Made by a program: the position numbers and the translations under genes. A stretch of 64,000 nucleotides of DNA from an uncultured Gammaproteobacteria bacterium (GTDB lineage Bacteria > Patescibacteriota > Microgenomatia > Daviesbacterales > UBA10151), in NCBI GenBank assembly GCA_964524895.1, contig CAZGFG010000005.1, positions 5,976-69,975 of the forward strand. Direction: 5' to 3'. Shown here in pieces: positions 10,076 to 17,984 of the stretch. Numbering within the stretch: position 1 is the first letter of the stretch; each line of letters starts with the position of its first letter. The notes under the pieces are model-generated. The model had not been told where the DNA came from. It saw nothing but the letters and a program-made list of their open reading frames with translations, and made no database searches.

Positions 10076-10230
10076 ACCATAACTATTCATTAAACAGGTT
10101 CTAACTTGGTCCAAGCCCTGCAGCCATTCGACTCTGGTTCGGCTACGCTCACCATCGCTCACGGCCATGGCCCTGAGTTTATCGTAGGGCTATAACCAAT
10201 ATCGACAAAAGTAGAAGGTGTCAACGTAGA

Positions 10231-10249
10231 CCACCTTCCAGGTGGGATT
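10231..10249. repeat. REP-like palindromic element, copy 1 (CCACCTTCCAGGTGGGATT)
   Basis: Hairpin CCACCT/AGGTGG with a short loop followed by GATT; near-identical to the copy at 58661 next to the RAYT gene. Confidence 0.45.
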
Positions 10250-10352
10250 GGAATTACGAAAAGTCTTTTTTAATGTGTGTTAAGTTGTTAACTTCTTGAG
10301 GCTAAGTTACAAATAGTATTCTTAAAAAGACAAGATAGTATATAATCTGGCT

Positions 10353-11228
10353 ATGCCAAGACCTAAAAAAATAACTTCAGAATCAATACCTCAGCAAATA
10401 CCTAATCCTCAACCCAGTCAAGTCACACCCAATAAAAAGATTAAGGTTTTATTCTTTTCTGTTTGTAACTCTTCAATTTCAAACCCACATCTTATTCAAG
10501 CTAAAGATCAAGTTTTAGGAAAAGATGACGACTTAATTTACCTTGTTATTCACACTTATGGGGGAGATGCCTATTCAGCAGTCAGAATTATGAGAATACT
10601 TCAAAAAAGATTTAAAAAAATAGCTGTAGTAGTACCGGATATGGCTATTAGTGCGGGAACTTTAATGGCACTAGGGAGTGATGAAATATGGATGGATCAA
10701 GAATCAAGATTAGGACCACTAGATCTTCCAATAGAGCATCCTTCAGATGGTAGTAGAATATCGTCCTTAGATGTTACTAACACATTAACTAACTTAGCAT
10801 CATTTTATACATCTACAGCTTTAAATTTATATACTAGAATCAGAGATGAGATTGGTCTTAAAAAATCAGAAGCTGCAAAACTAGCATTTAGTTCTACGGC
10901 AGAAATAGTAGAGCCGGTTGCTAGACAGATTGACCCCTATCATCTACAGAAAAGTTTTCGAGAAATTAAAATCGCTCTTTATTACGCTATTGATTTATTA
11001 ACTGCTAGAATGATGAAGACTAACTTCCCTCAAGCAATGAAAACAAGCCGATCTCTGGTAAATGATTATCCGGCACATGAGTACGCAATTTTTAGAGATG
11101 AAGCTAAAGACTTACTAAATTTGAACATTAATCACATTGAAAATTTAACAGAATGGTCTACCATTAAACCAGAATTTGATAGATTACTTAGTAGTAAGAG
11201 AGATGCTATTATATTTAAGGAGCTATAA
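10353..11228 (+). CDS. ClpP/SppA-fold serine peptidase (S49/'serine dehydrogenase proteinase'-like)
   Basis: YGGDAYSAVRIMRILQ... AISAGTLMALGSDEIWMDQESRLGPLD resembles the Clp/crotonase-fold protease core (Ser nucleophile in GxSAG-like context). Confidence 0.55.
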   Translation: MPRPKKITSESIPQQIPNPQPSQVTPNKKIKVLFFSVCNSSISNPHLIQAKDQVLGKDDDLIYLVIHTYGGDAYSAVRIMRILQKRFKKIAVVVPDMAISAGTLMALGSDEIWMDQESRLGPLDLPIEHPSDGSRISSLDVTNTLTNLASFYTSTALNLYTRIRDEIGLKKSEAAKLAFSSTAEIVEPVARQIDPYHLQKSFREIKIALYYAIDLLTARMMKTNFPQAMKTSRSLVNDYPAHEYAIFRDEAKDLLNLNINHIENLTEWSTIKPEFDRLLSSKRDAIIFKEL

Positions 11229-11231
11229 TTT

Positions 11232-11474
11232 ATGCCAAATGATCCAATTAAAAAAGATAAAAATGAAAAAGAAGACGTTAAAGATACAAAGGTAAAAGTT
11301 AGCGAAATTATAGATTTTGGACAAAAAATCAGCAATGATTGGTTAGAGGCTGAAACCCAACGAAAAGTTCAGGTGAAACAACAGAAACAGCAAAACAAAA
11401 ACCAAGATCAGGAACCAGAGGAGGAAGAACAACCTCCAGTAGTCCAGAACCCCCGTTCATATAATTATTACTAA
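11232..11474 (+). CDS. Small highly charged protein (80 aa): K/E-rich N-terminus, acidic tract EPEEEEQPP, C-terminal ...RSYNYY
   Basis: Start lies 3 nt after the protease stop (tight coupling). Low-complexity charged sequence, a candidate substrate/precursor peptide for the downstream ATP-grasp protein (inference). Confidence 0.35.
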   Translation: MPNDPIKKDKNEKEDVKDTKVKVSEIIDFGQKISNDWLEAETQRKVQVKQQKQQNKNQDQEPEEEEQPPVVQNPRSYNYY

Positions 11475-11528
11475 ATTAATTCCTGGTTACTTCGTTAAAG
11501 TTGAGTAATTCCCATATTAATCCTATAG

Positions 11529-11557
11529 TTGACGGTTGTTGGCAATCATGTTATACT
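11529..11557 (+). promoter_or_regulatory. Sigma70-like promoter (TTGACG-17 nt-TATACT)
   Basis: -35 TTGACG at ~11529-11534, 17-nt spacer, -10 TATACT at ~11552-11557, upstream of the 11724 gene leader. Confidence 0.4.
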
Positions 11558-11681
11558 AAAAAAAGTTATGAATATTAACTACAGCAATAATTATTGGTTT
11601 TTCTTTCATCCTCTCCAAAGGGAGGCTGTGCTGTAATGCTTAAATAAGCAAAACAGTTTTACAAGGAAAACCTTGTTACAG

Positions 11682-11705
11682 ACCTCCTGAAAGGGAGGTT
11701 TTTTG
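11682..11705 (+). terminator. Intrinsic-terminator-like hairpin (ACCTCC-TGAAAG-GGAGGT + TTTTTT) in the leader, 18 nt before the start codon: candidate attenuator
   Basis: 6-bp GC-rich stem plus U-tract. The upstream GGGAGG at ~11620-11625 could pair with the terminator 5' arm as an antiterminator; a second hairpin ACAAGG-AAAA-CCTTGT lies at ~11661-11676. Confidence 0.4.
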
Positions 11706-11723
11706 TGGTTAAAAAGGAAAAAT

Positions 11724-14258
11724 ATGAGCAAAGAAATTGAAAACGGAAATCTAAATATTGAATCAAACGGAATAGTGGCTACTAATAGTGCTGAAAAACG
11801 CATAGGGTTAGTTGCTTCTGTTCAAAAGTTAGGTGATTTAGTAGAATTTATAGAAGGAGGAGAAAATGCGCCCGGAGCTTTAGCAACCGAGGATGCTCTA
11901 TTTGCCAACATTCCACCCCTCAGCTTTCTCGCGGATGGATCTATTAAGAATGCCAGAGGTGGTAAACTTGTCAAAAACTCAGGTCTTGAAGCCCGTTTTG
12001 CCTCATTGTCCCCAAAGCAAATAGATCAGATTCAAACCCAAATTGACCTGTTTCTAAACACCGTATCAGTTATTGGTAATCTTGCTTCCGCCAGGCGATT
12101 AGAACCTTACTTACCAGTTGTGCTTCCCAGTACTCAAGCAGGATTTAAAACTTTAAGGAAGATCGCTGAGCAATATACCAAAGCAATACCTATTCCTGAA
12201 GGAAATAGCTTAGGAGATATTCCTGCTACGTTGAAAGCATTAACAAATCTTGATGAACAATTAAAAGCTACTGGTTTAAAAGACCCGGCAGTTATTGAAG
12301 CTTTAAGTGCCTCTGCAAAACAACAAGCAGAAGTTAGATTGGAAAAATCAAAAATAGATGGTTCCAAACAGGTTGCTCAAATTAGGGCAGAACTAGCAGA
12401 GCAGAAGATTTATGATTTGAAAAGAGAGCTTGTGGAAGAACCGGGCCCACGCATATTTTCAAGGTATCAAGCATTGGTAGATCAGATTATTGCGGATGCC
12501 ACCAAACTTAACAATGATGAGTTATCAGTTGTTCGCGGGGTAGGAATCCCGAAAATTTCAGATGAACGTTCTATATATAAATTTGCTGGAAATAAATTAC
12601 GAAAGCAATTAGAGGATGAGGTTACAGATGATGAGATTATGCCAGTCCTTACTAAAGCGTTTATCAAGGAAATACTCTCCAGCAGAGCACCAGAAGTAAT
12701 AGATACTGCTATAACACAACTTGGAGTTGAAAGAGAGGCCGTACTGAAAGACCCTAACAAGCTTGAACAATTAGAAGGTGAGATAATTGCTCGTGGATTA
12801 GAATTTCTAATCGCTAGCTCACTAGAGGAATCAAATACAGAAAAAGCACTTACCATAACAGACGCTGAGCGAAAAAGGCTGAGGGAAGCTTCACTAGCTT
12901 TATTTAGAGAACAAGAGTTAAACAGAAGTGCCTCATCTTCAGAGACTAGGTTGCTTTTGGATCAAAGTATTGAAACTCCTAACACTGCTAGTTTAGGTGC
13001 GATAAGTTTGAGAAGAGATATTAAATCTACACTAGGCCCATTCCAAATTTATCCAGAATATAAGACTACTTACCCACCTGTTGTCCTACAGGCTTTGGGG
13101 AATTTATATGCAGAATATAACCAGGCTTTTCGTCGCTTGGTGGCAGCTAATAGAGAGTATGCAACAGATTATCAATATTGTCTGACACCGGATGGAACTC
13201 CAATTAACAGCTTCATTCAAATTGACATGGTTGGATTACCAACTGGGTTTTTAGAGCAAGCAACAACTTTAAGAGAAGAAGATATAAGCGAAGCTTTAAG
13301 AGGTAGGATCTTTGAAATAGAAAATTCTATAGCAATGTACTCGCTTCTAGAGTACTTCTTTTCAGATGGAACTCAAGATACTCTTTTTAAGAGGCAATTC
13401 CGTGCTGGTTTAGATAATATAAGGCGAAGGTACGGACGACCAATTGCTTTACTCGCTGTTACTGACCAAAAATATCAGGCAATGAGAGAGACTGAATTCG
13501 GTAAAAGAGATTGTGAGCCATTAACTGATGGTGAGGTGAGGGAGTATTCAGGATTTGATAAGTTTTTCTCTCCGGAGGAGTTCAAAAAATATTTAGAGGA
13601 CAATGGTGGTAACTCTGATTATCTTTTATACGTTCGTTCTTCTGACCCTGTAGCTAAAATGAAAAGGCCAGAGTTGCTAGTGAGGGAGCCGCTATTAGCA
13701 GATGATGAAATGAGAAGAATAATTAAAGCTAATGCTCTCACTTTTAACATTGATAACCCCAACTTGCCAATTGGAGATAGCAGGCGTATAAATGATACAA
13801 AGGAATACCTTGGGGCAATGGGTATGGCTTTCCCAGTCTATTATGGTGAAGATTTAACCTCTGAAGAATTTGGCTCCTATTTAAGATCACAAGGTGTAGA
13901 TCCATCAAGAGTTAGATCTGGAGAGTTACTATTGCGTGCTAAACCGATGAAAGGAACTTATGGAGGATATGGTCATTTTCGTGGTACCTTAGGAGATTCA
14001 AGATTTAGACGAGAACTACGAAATGCTCTATTAAAAAGAGGCTCGTACATTGTCCAACCTGAATTACAAAATCCTACGATAACAAATCAGGATGACGGGC
14101 GCTCCTATATGTATATAGATAGGGTCTTTTTCTCCAACGATGGTCAGAATTACAGGTTTATGGGTGGTGAAAGAACACTAATGCCTATTGATTCTAATGA
14201 GGCCCAAAATAATAGGGTTCACGGAAATAGTTCCTCAGTGTATGCTGAGATAATATAA
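11724..14258 (+). CDS. Large protein (~845 aa) with C-terminal ATP-grasp-like ligase domain and an uncharacterised ~500-aa N-terminal region
   Basis: C-terminal LLLRAKPMKGTYGGYGHF (KPxxGxxGxG-type ATP-grasp P-loop-like), YIVQPELQ (xVQE-type motif) and MYIDRVFF. Track start 11703 is TTG; the in-frame ATG at 11724 is preferred. Confidence 0.5.
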   Translation: MSKEIENGNLNIESNGIVATNSAEKRIGLVASVQKLGDLVEFIEGGENAPGALATEDALFANIPPLSFLADGSIKNARGGKLVKNSGLEARFASLSPKQIDQIQTQIDLFLNTVSVIGNLASARRLEPYLPVVLPSTQAGFKTLRKIAEQYTKAIPIPEGNSLGDIPATLKALTNLDEQLKATGLKDPAVIEALSASAKQQAEVRLEKSKIDGSKQVAQIRAELAEQKIYDLKRELVEEPGPRIFSRYQALVDQIIADATKLNNDELSVVRGVGIPKISDERSIYKFAGNKLRKQLEDEVTDDEIMPVLTKAFIKEILSSRAPEVIDTAITQLGVEREAVLKDPNKLEQLEGEIIARGLEFLIASSLEESNTEKALTITDAERKRLREASLALFREQELNRSASSSETRLLLDQSIETPNTASLGAISLRRDIKSTLGPFQIYPEYKTTYPPVVLQALGNLYAEYNQAFRRLVAANREYATDYQYCLTPDGTPINSFIQIDMVGLPTGFLEQATTLREEDISEALRGRIFEIENSIAMYSLLEYFFSDGTQDTLFKRQFRAGLDNIRRRYGRPIALLAVTDQKYQAMRETEFGKRDCEPLTDGEVREYSGFDKFFSPEEFKKYLEDNGGNSDYLLYVRSSDPVAKMKRPELLVREPLLADDEMRRIIKANALTFNIDNPNLPIGDSRRINDTKEYLGAMGMAFPVYYGEDLTSEEFGSYLRSQGVDPSRVRSGELLLRAKPMKGTYGGYGHFRGTLGDSRFRRELRNALLKRGSYIVQPELQNPTITNQDDGRSYMYIDRVFFSNDGQNYRFMGGERTLMPIDSNEAQNNRVHGNSSSVYAEII

Positions 14259-14267
14259 AATGAAACT

Positions 14268-15338
14268 ATGTTAAATAAAATTATAGCTTTAACCAAAGAA
14301 TTTATTTCTATTAAATCGAACTCTGAAGATACATCCGAGTTAGATAAGATGTTAGGAATTGCTTTATCAAACTTAAAGGAGTTTACTATTGAGCGATTTG
14401 AAAATAAAGGTGTTAAGAGCGCCTTAGTTTACAATGCTAAAAAAAGACCAAAAAAATTTAGGATTATACTTAATGGACATTTAGATGTAGTTCCAGGTAA
14501 GGACTATCAATATTTGCCAAAAATTAAAGGTGATAAGCTTTATGGAGTTGGGTCAATGGACATGAAGGCCAGTGTTGCTTGTCTTATTATGGTCTTCAAA
14601 GAAGTAGCAAACAAAGTTGATTATCCGCTTGCTCTGCAATTGGTTACCGATGAGGAAATAGGAGGTTTTAATGGCACAAAATATCAAGTAGAAAAGGGTG
14701 TAAAAGCAGATTTTGTAATCGCTGGTGAAAGCACTGGTCTTCAGATTGCAAATAGGGCGAAAGGGATTTTACAAGTAAAGATTTCTACTAAGGGTAAAAC
14801 TGCTCATGGAGCCTATCCATGGAGAGGAGTAAACGCAATTTGGAAAATGAACCAATTTCTCAACTCATTATCAAAACAGTATCCAATTCCTTCTCAACAA
14901 GAATGGGTAACAACTGTTAATTTGAGTAAGATCGAAACAACAAATAAGTCTTTTAATAAGATTCCGGATGACTGTGAAATCTTGCTTGATATTCGATATA
15001 TTCCAGAGGAAGCAGATACTATAGTTAATGATATAAAAGAACTGCTACCCAAAGGGTTTAAGTTGGATATTGTCGAAAAAGAGCCGGCTTTGTTTGTTGA
15101 TGAAAATAACCAATACCTAAAAACACTTCAGAGTGTGGCTGAACAGGTTACCAAGAACAAGGTGCGCTTTTATGGTGCGCAGGGTTCTTCTGACGCTAGA
15201 CATTTTACCAGAGTAGGTACTGATGGAATTGAATTCGGACCAATAGGTGAGAATATTGGAAGTGATGATGAATGTGTAAGCATAAAAAGTTTGGAGCAAT
15301 ATTATCAGACCCTTAAAAACTTTCTATTAGCAATATAA
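14268..15338 (+). CDS. M20 family metallopeptidase (ArgE/DapE/acetylornithine deacetylase-like)
   Basis: ILNGHLDVVPG (HxD metal site), GVGSMDMKASVACLIMVF, LVTDEEIGG (metal-binding EE). Start lies 9 nt after the upstream stop. Confidence 0.8.
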   Translation: MLNKIIALTKEFISIKSNSEDTSELDKMLGIALSNLKEFTIERFENKGVKSALVYNAKKRPKKFRIILNGHLDVVPGKDYQYLPKIKGDKLYGVGSMDMKASVACLIMVFKEVANKVDYPLALQLVTDEEIGGFNGTKYQVEKGVKADFVIAGESTGLQIANRAKGILQVKISTKGKTAHGAYPWRGVNAIWKMNQFLNSLSKQYPIPSQQEWVTTVNLSKIETTNKSFNKIPDDCEILLDIRYIPEEADTIVNDIKELLPKGFKLDIVEKEPALFVDENNQYLKTLQSVAEQVTKNKVRFYGAQGSSDARHFTRVGTDGIEFGPIGENIGSDDECVSIKSLEQYYQTLKNFLLAI

Positions 15339-15593
15339 ACTTAGGCAGGTTATAAAAATGGATCAGCTAAATTCTTAGGTAGAGCAATAGTTTATTTATA
15401 AAGAATTTGTTGCATGTAATTGAAGCTATAATCTAATGGTTGGTATGGTATAGTCCATTCATAGGTTCTGAATGTATTGAGCAGAGCCAGCACTTCTTCG
15501 CCCTACTTCGTCGGTCTCATCAGTGCCTTTGGCCCTTCCGATAAAAGGCGAAGAAGTCCCTGAGGAGTCTGCGACGAAGGGTATAATGAATTA

Positions 15594-15836
15594 ATGCCTT
15601 TCTTTGTGTATATCTTAGAATGCTCGGATAAAAGCTATTATGCCGGTTGTACTAATAATTTAGAACACCGCCTAAAACAGCATAATGACTCTAAATGGGG
15701 TGCTCACTACACTAAAATCCGAAGACCCGTGATTCTTAAATATTTTGAAAACTACCCAACTCTTTCAGAAGCCAGAAGAAGGGAGTCTGAAATTAAAGGT
15801 TGGAGAAGAGAAAAGAAAGAAGCCCTTTGGAAATAG
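15594..15836 (+). CDS. GIY-YIG nuclease superfamily protein (UPF0213/YhbQ-like)
   Basis: MPFFVYILECSDKSYYAGCTNNLEHRLKQHN matches the GIY-(x10)-YIG signature; 80 aa. Confidence 0.8.
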   Translation: MPFFVYILECSDKSYYAGCTNNLEHRLKQHNDSKWGAHYTKIRRPVILKYFENYPTLSEARRRESEIKGWRREKKEALWK

Positions 15837-15968
15837 TGCCAACCTAGACCACTCTTCGAGTTCCTCGAATCTGAATGATCTCGGAATCGAAGACCCCCCA
15901 GGTGTGATAGGATGACACATAAACCTATAGTTTGTAATACCACCTAGAGACTGCTATAATAAAGTTCT

Positions 15969-16505
15969 ATGCTCGAACGCCTAGATGCTTACAAAACTTA
16001 CCAATCTGACAATATATACCACGCCTTTCGATACCTGGTGGAAAATGTAACAATTGACACCCCCAGATTAAGCCAAGAGTTAGCAACTTTCCCAGGAGGT
16101 AGAGAAAATACATATAGATTACTGCTGGGAGTTTTATTGGCTGATGGAAATGTAGCCTGGTCTCCTGATGCTCCTTCACATCCTGCAATACTGCAGGCTG
16201 AAGGAAAAGGCCGCGGAGATACTTTAGCCTACTTCCAGATCGGCTACCCTGTTTGCCCGGGTCCAAGCAAAATAATCATTACAGGCTTGGATGAAGTAGG
16301 GACAAAAGCATTAACCGAATATATAGTAGCAGCTCGTCCTGACCCTAGGAGTTCATTATTCGTACAGCAAGTAGACAATCTGCCGGACGTAGGTCAGATA
16401 AGAAAAATCTTTCAAGGTACAGTAAGGCGTTATGAATTTTTAGAAAATCTAAGAAGAGGTGCGCCAATACTTGCAGCAAGGATTTACCATTTTATGCCTA
16501 TATAG
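15969..16505 (+). CDS. Hypothetical protein (178 aa) in a locally GC-enriched segment
   Basis: ATG start, TATAAT 8 nt upstream; ~45% GC versus ~37% in the surroundings; no recognisable motif. Confidence 0.4.
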   Translation: MLERLDAYKTYQSDNIYHAFRYLVENVTIDTPRLSQELATFPGGRENTYRLLLGVLLADGNVAWSPDAPSHPAILQAEGKGRGDTLAYFQIGYPVCPGPSKIIITGLDEVGTKALTEYIVAARPDPRSSLFVQQVDNLPDVGQIRKIFQGTVRRYEFLENLRRGAPILAARIYHFMPI

Positions 16506-17970
16506 CATCAGTTTTGGAAATTTTGTAGATGGTAATATCTCCGGATTTATAAACTTCTCTATTTATAAAATATTTTCTGCCAAATTCCTCCGTTGCCCAC
16601 ATTTTAAATCTGTCAATATCATAGTAGGGAGTTTCGGAAAAAATTAGCAACTCTTCTGCAGTTTTATAATCATATTCGGATTTAGGTTTAAACCCATATT
16701 TTCTAAAGAAAAACCTTAAGTCATAACCCGTCGTAACCAAAGCATAAGCATCAGAGACCTCTATAAGATTAAAGGAGGCCTTTTTATTTACTAACCCATT
16801 ATCAACAGCATATTTGACTGCACTTTCTACATCCTGAAAACGTTTTACCGAATCCTGGTAAAGATATTTGGGGAAAAACATAATTTCTAAAAAAACTATT
16901 AAAAAAATTAAAATCCAAAAACGGGATACCAATAAGATTAAAACTGCTGCAAATGGAATGAAAAAAGCCAGTGGGAAAAGATAATGGTCTTCGTAGTGAG
17001 TGTGTAAAATTAAAGCCAGTAAAGCAAGACCTAATAGGGAGCTTACAAAAAGAAACAATGACCTCTTAAAATATAAATCCATTTTTATTTTCTTAAGAAA
17101 TTTAAACTGTAACAATATCACCCCAAACATCAAAGCAAATAAGGTAAGCGGTTCAAATAGAGTAAACTCCTTCAGTTTGGAAGATATAAACAGAAAAATG
17201 CTTATTGTAGGACTATTGTTTAATGCCAGTTGCGGTTTACTTTTGCTGGCAATAAAAGAATTAAAAGATTGGTTTACAAAAGTATCTTTGGTCATCACAA
17301 AATCATGTTTTATTTCAAATAGAGCCAAGGGTATGAGGGTAATGATTCCTCCTAACAGGAAAAGAAGGAATATTTTCTTTTTCTTAAGAGAAATGAACAA
17401 GTATACAGCCAGTGGTAGGAGCACAAATATGCTGATAGGATGAATATTAAATATAAATCCTGCCAAAAGCCCTAACAAAAACAGAGATGTTTTTTTCTTA
17501 AAGTTGTAAAAAAGGATTAAAGTAGAGAGTATTAACAAAAAAGGGAAGTAAGTATATCCGTTGCTTGGATGCCTTGCACTTAAAATAAAAAAGGGTAGCA
17601 ACCCTATTGCCAGGGAAGTAAGCAGGGCTTTGTGGAGTCCATATTTTTTAAAGATTGTCCAACAAAAAAATCCTATCGAGACGGAAAAAAGCAAGGCATG
17701 GAAATAGAGCAGGACAGAAATATTGTAACTACCAAATAAAAGTATCGGTGCAAACAGGTAATATATATACGGCCCACTGTAATATCCACCCAAATTCATC
17801 TTAGGCCCAATTAATACAATGTCACCTTGAGCTATTCTAAGGGAGTGATATATATCCCTGCCAAAATCAGTAGTCAAAACAAATGCATCATTTAGCCGGT
17901 AAGAGTAAATTAGAAATAGAATAAACCCGACCAAAAAAGAAATAATAAACTCTTTTTTTAAGAAAAACAT
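16498..17970 (-). CDS. Integral membrane protein, GT-C-type glycosyltransferase-like (family 39/83-like architecture)
   Basis: 490 aa, >10 TM helices at the N-terminus followed by a soluble C-terminal domain; in an operon with the YfhO-like gene (14-nt gap). Confidence 0.5.
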   Translation of the reverse strand: MFFLKKEFIISFLVGFILFLIYSYRLNDAFVLTTDFGRDIYHSLRIAQGDIVLIGPKMNLGGYYSGPYIYYLFAPILLFGSYNISVLLYFHALLFSVSIGFFCWTIFKKYGLHKALLTSLAIGLLPFFILSARHPSNGYTYFPFLLILSTLILFYNFKKKTSLFLLGLLAGFIFNIHPISIFVLLPLAVYLFISLKKKKIFLLFLLGGIITLIPLALFEIKHDFVMTKDTFVNQSFNSFIASKSKPQLALNNSPTISIFLFISSKLKEFTLFEPLTLFALMFGVILLQFKFLKKIKMDLYFKRSLFLFVSSLLGLALLALILHTHYEDHYLFPLAFFIPFAAVLILLVSRFWILIFLIVFLEIMFFPKYLYQDSVKRFQDVESAVKYAVDNGLVNKKASFNLIEVSDAYALVTTGYDLRFFFRKYGFKPKSEYDYKTAEELLIFSETPYYDIDRFKMWATEEFGRKYFINREVYKSGDITIYKISKTDAI

Positions 17971-17984
17971 AGAGAAATTTGCAT

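Noticed and set aside
15425-15480. Possible tRNA (hairpin CATTCA-TAGGTTC-TGAATG resembling a T-arm)
   Set aside because: No acceptor-stem pairing or D-arm could be built around it; it is treated as an isolated hairpin.
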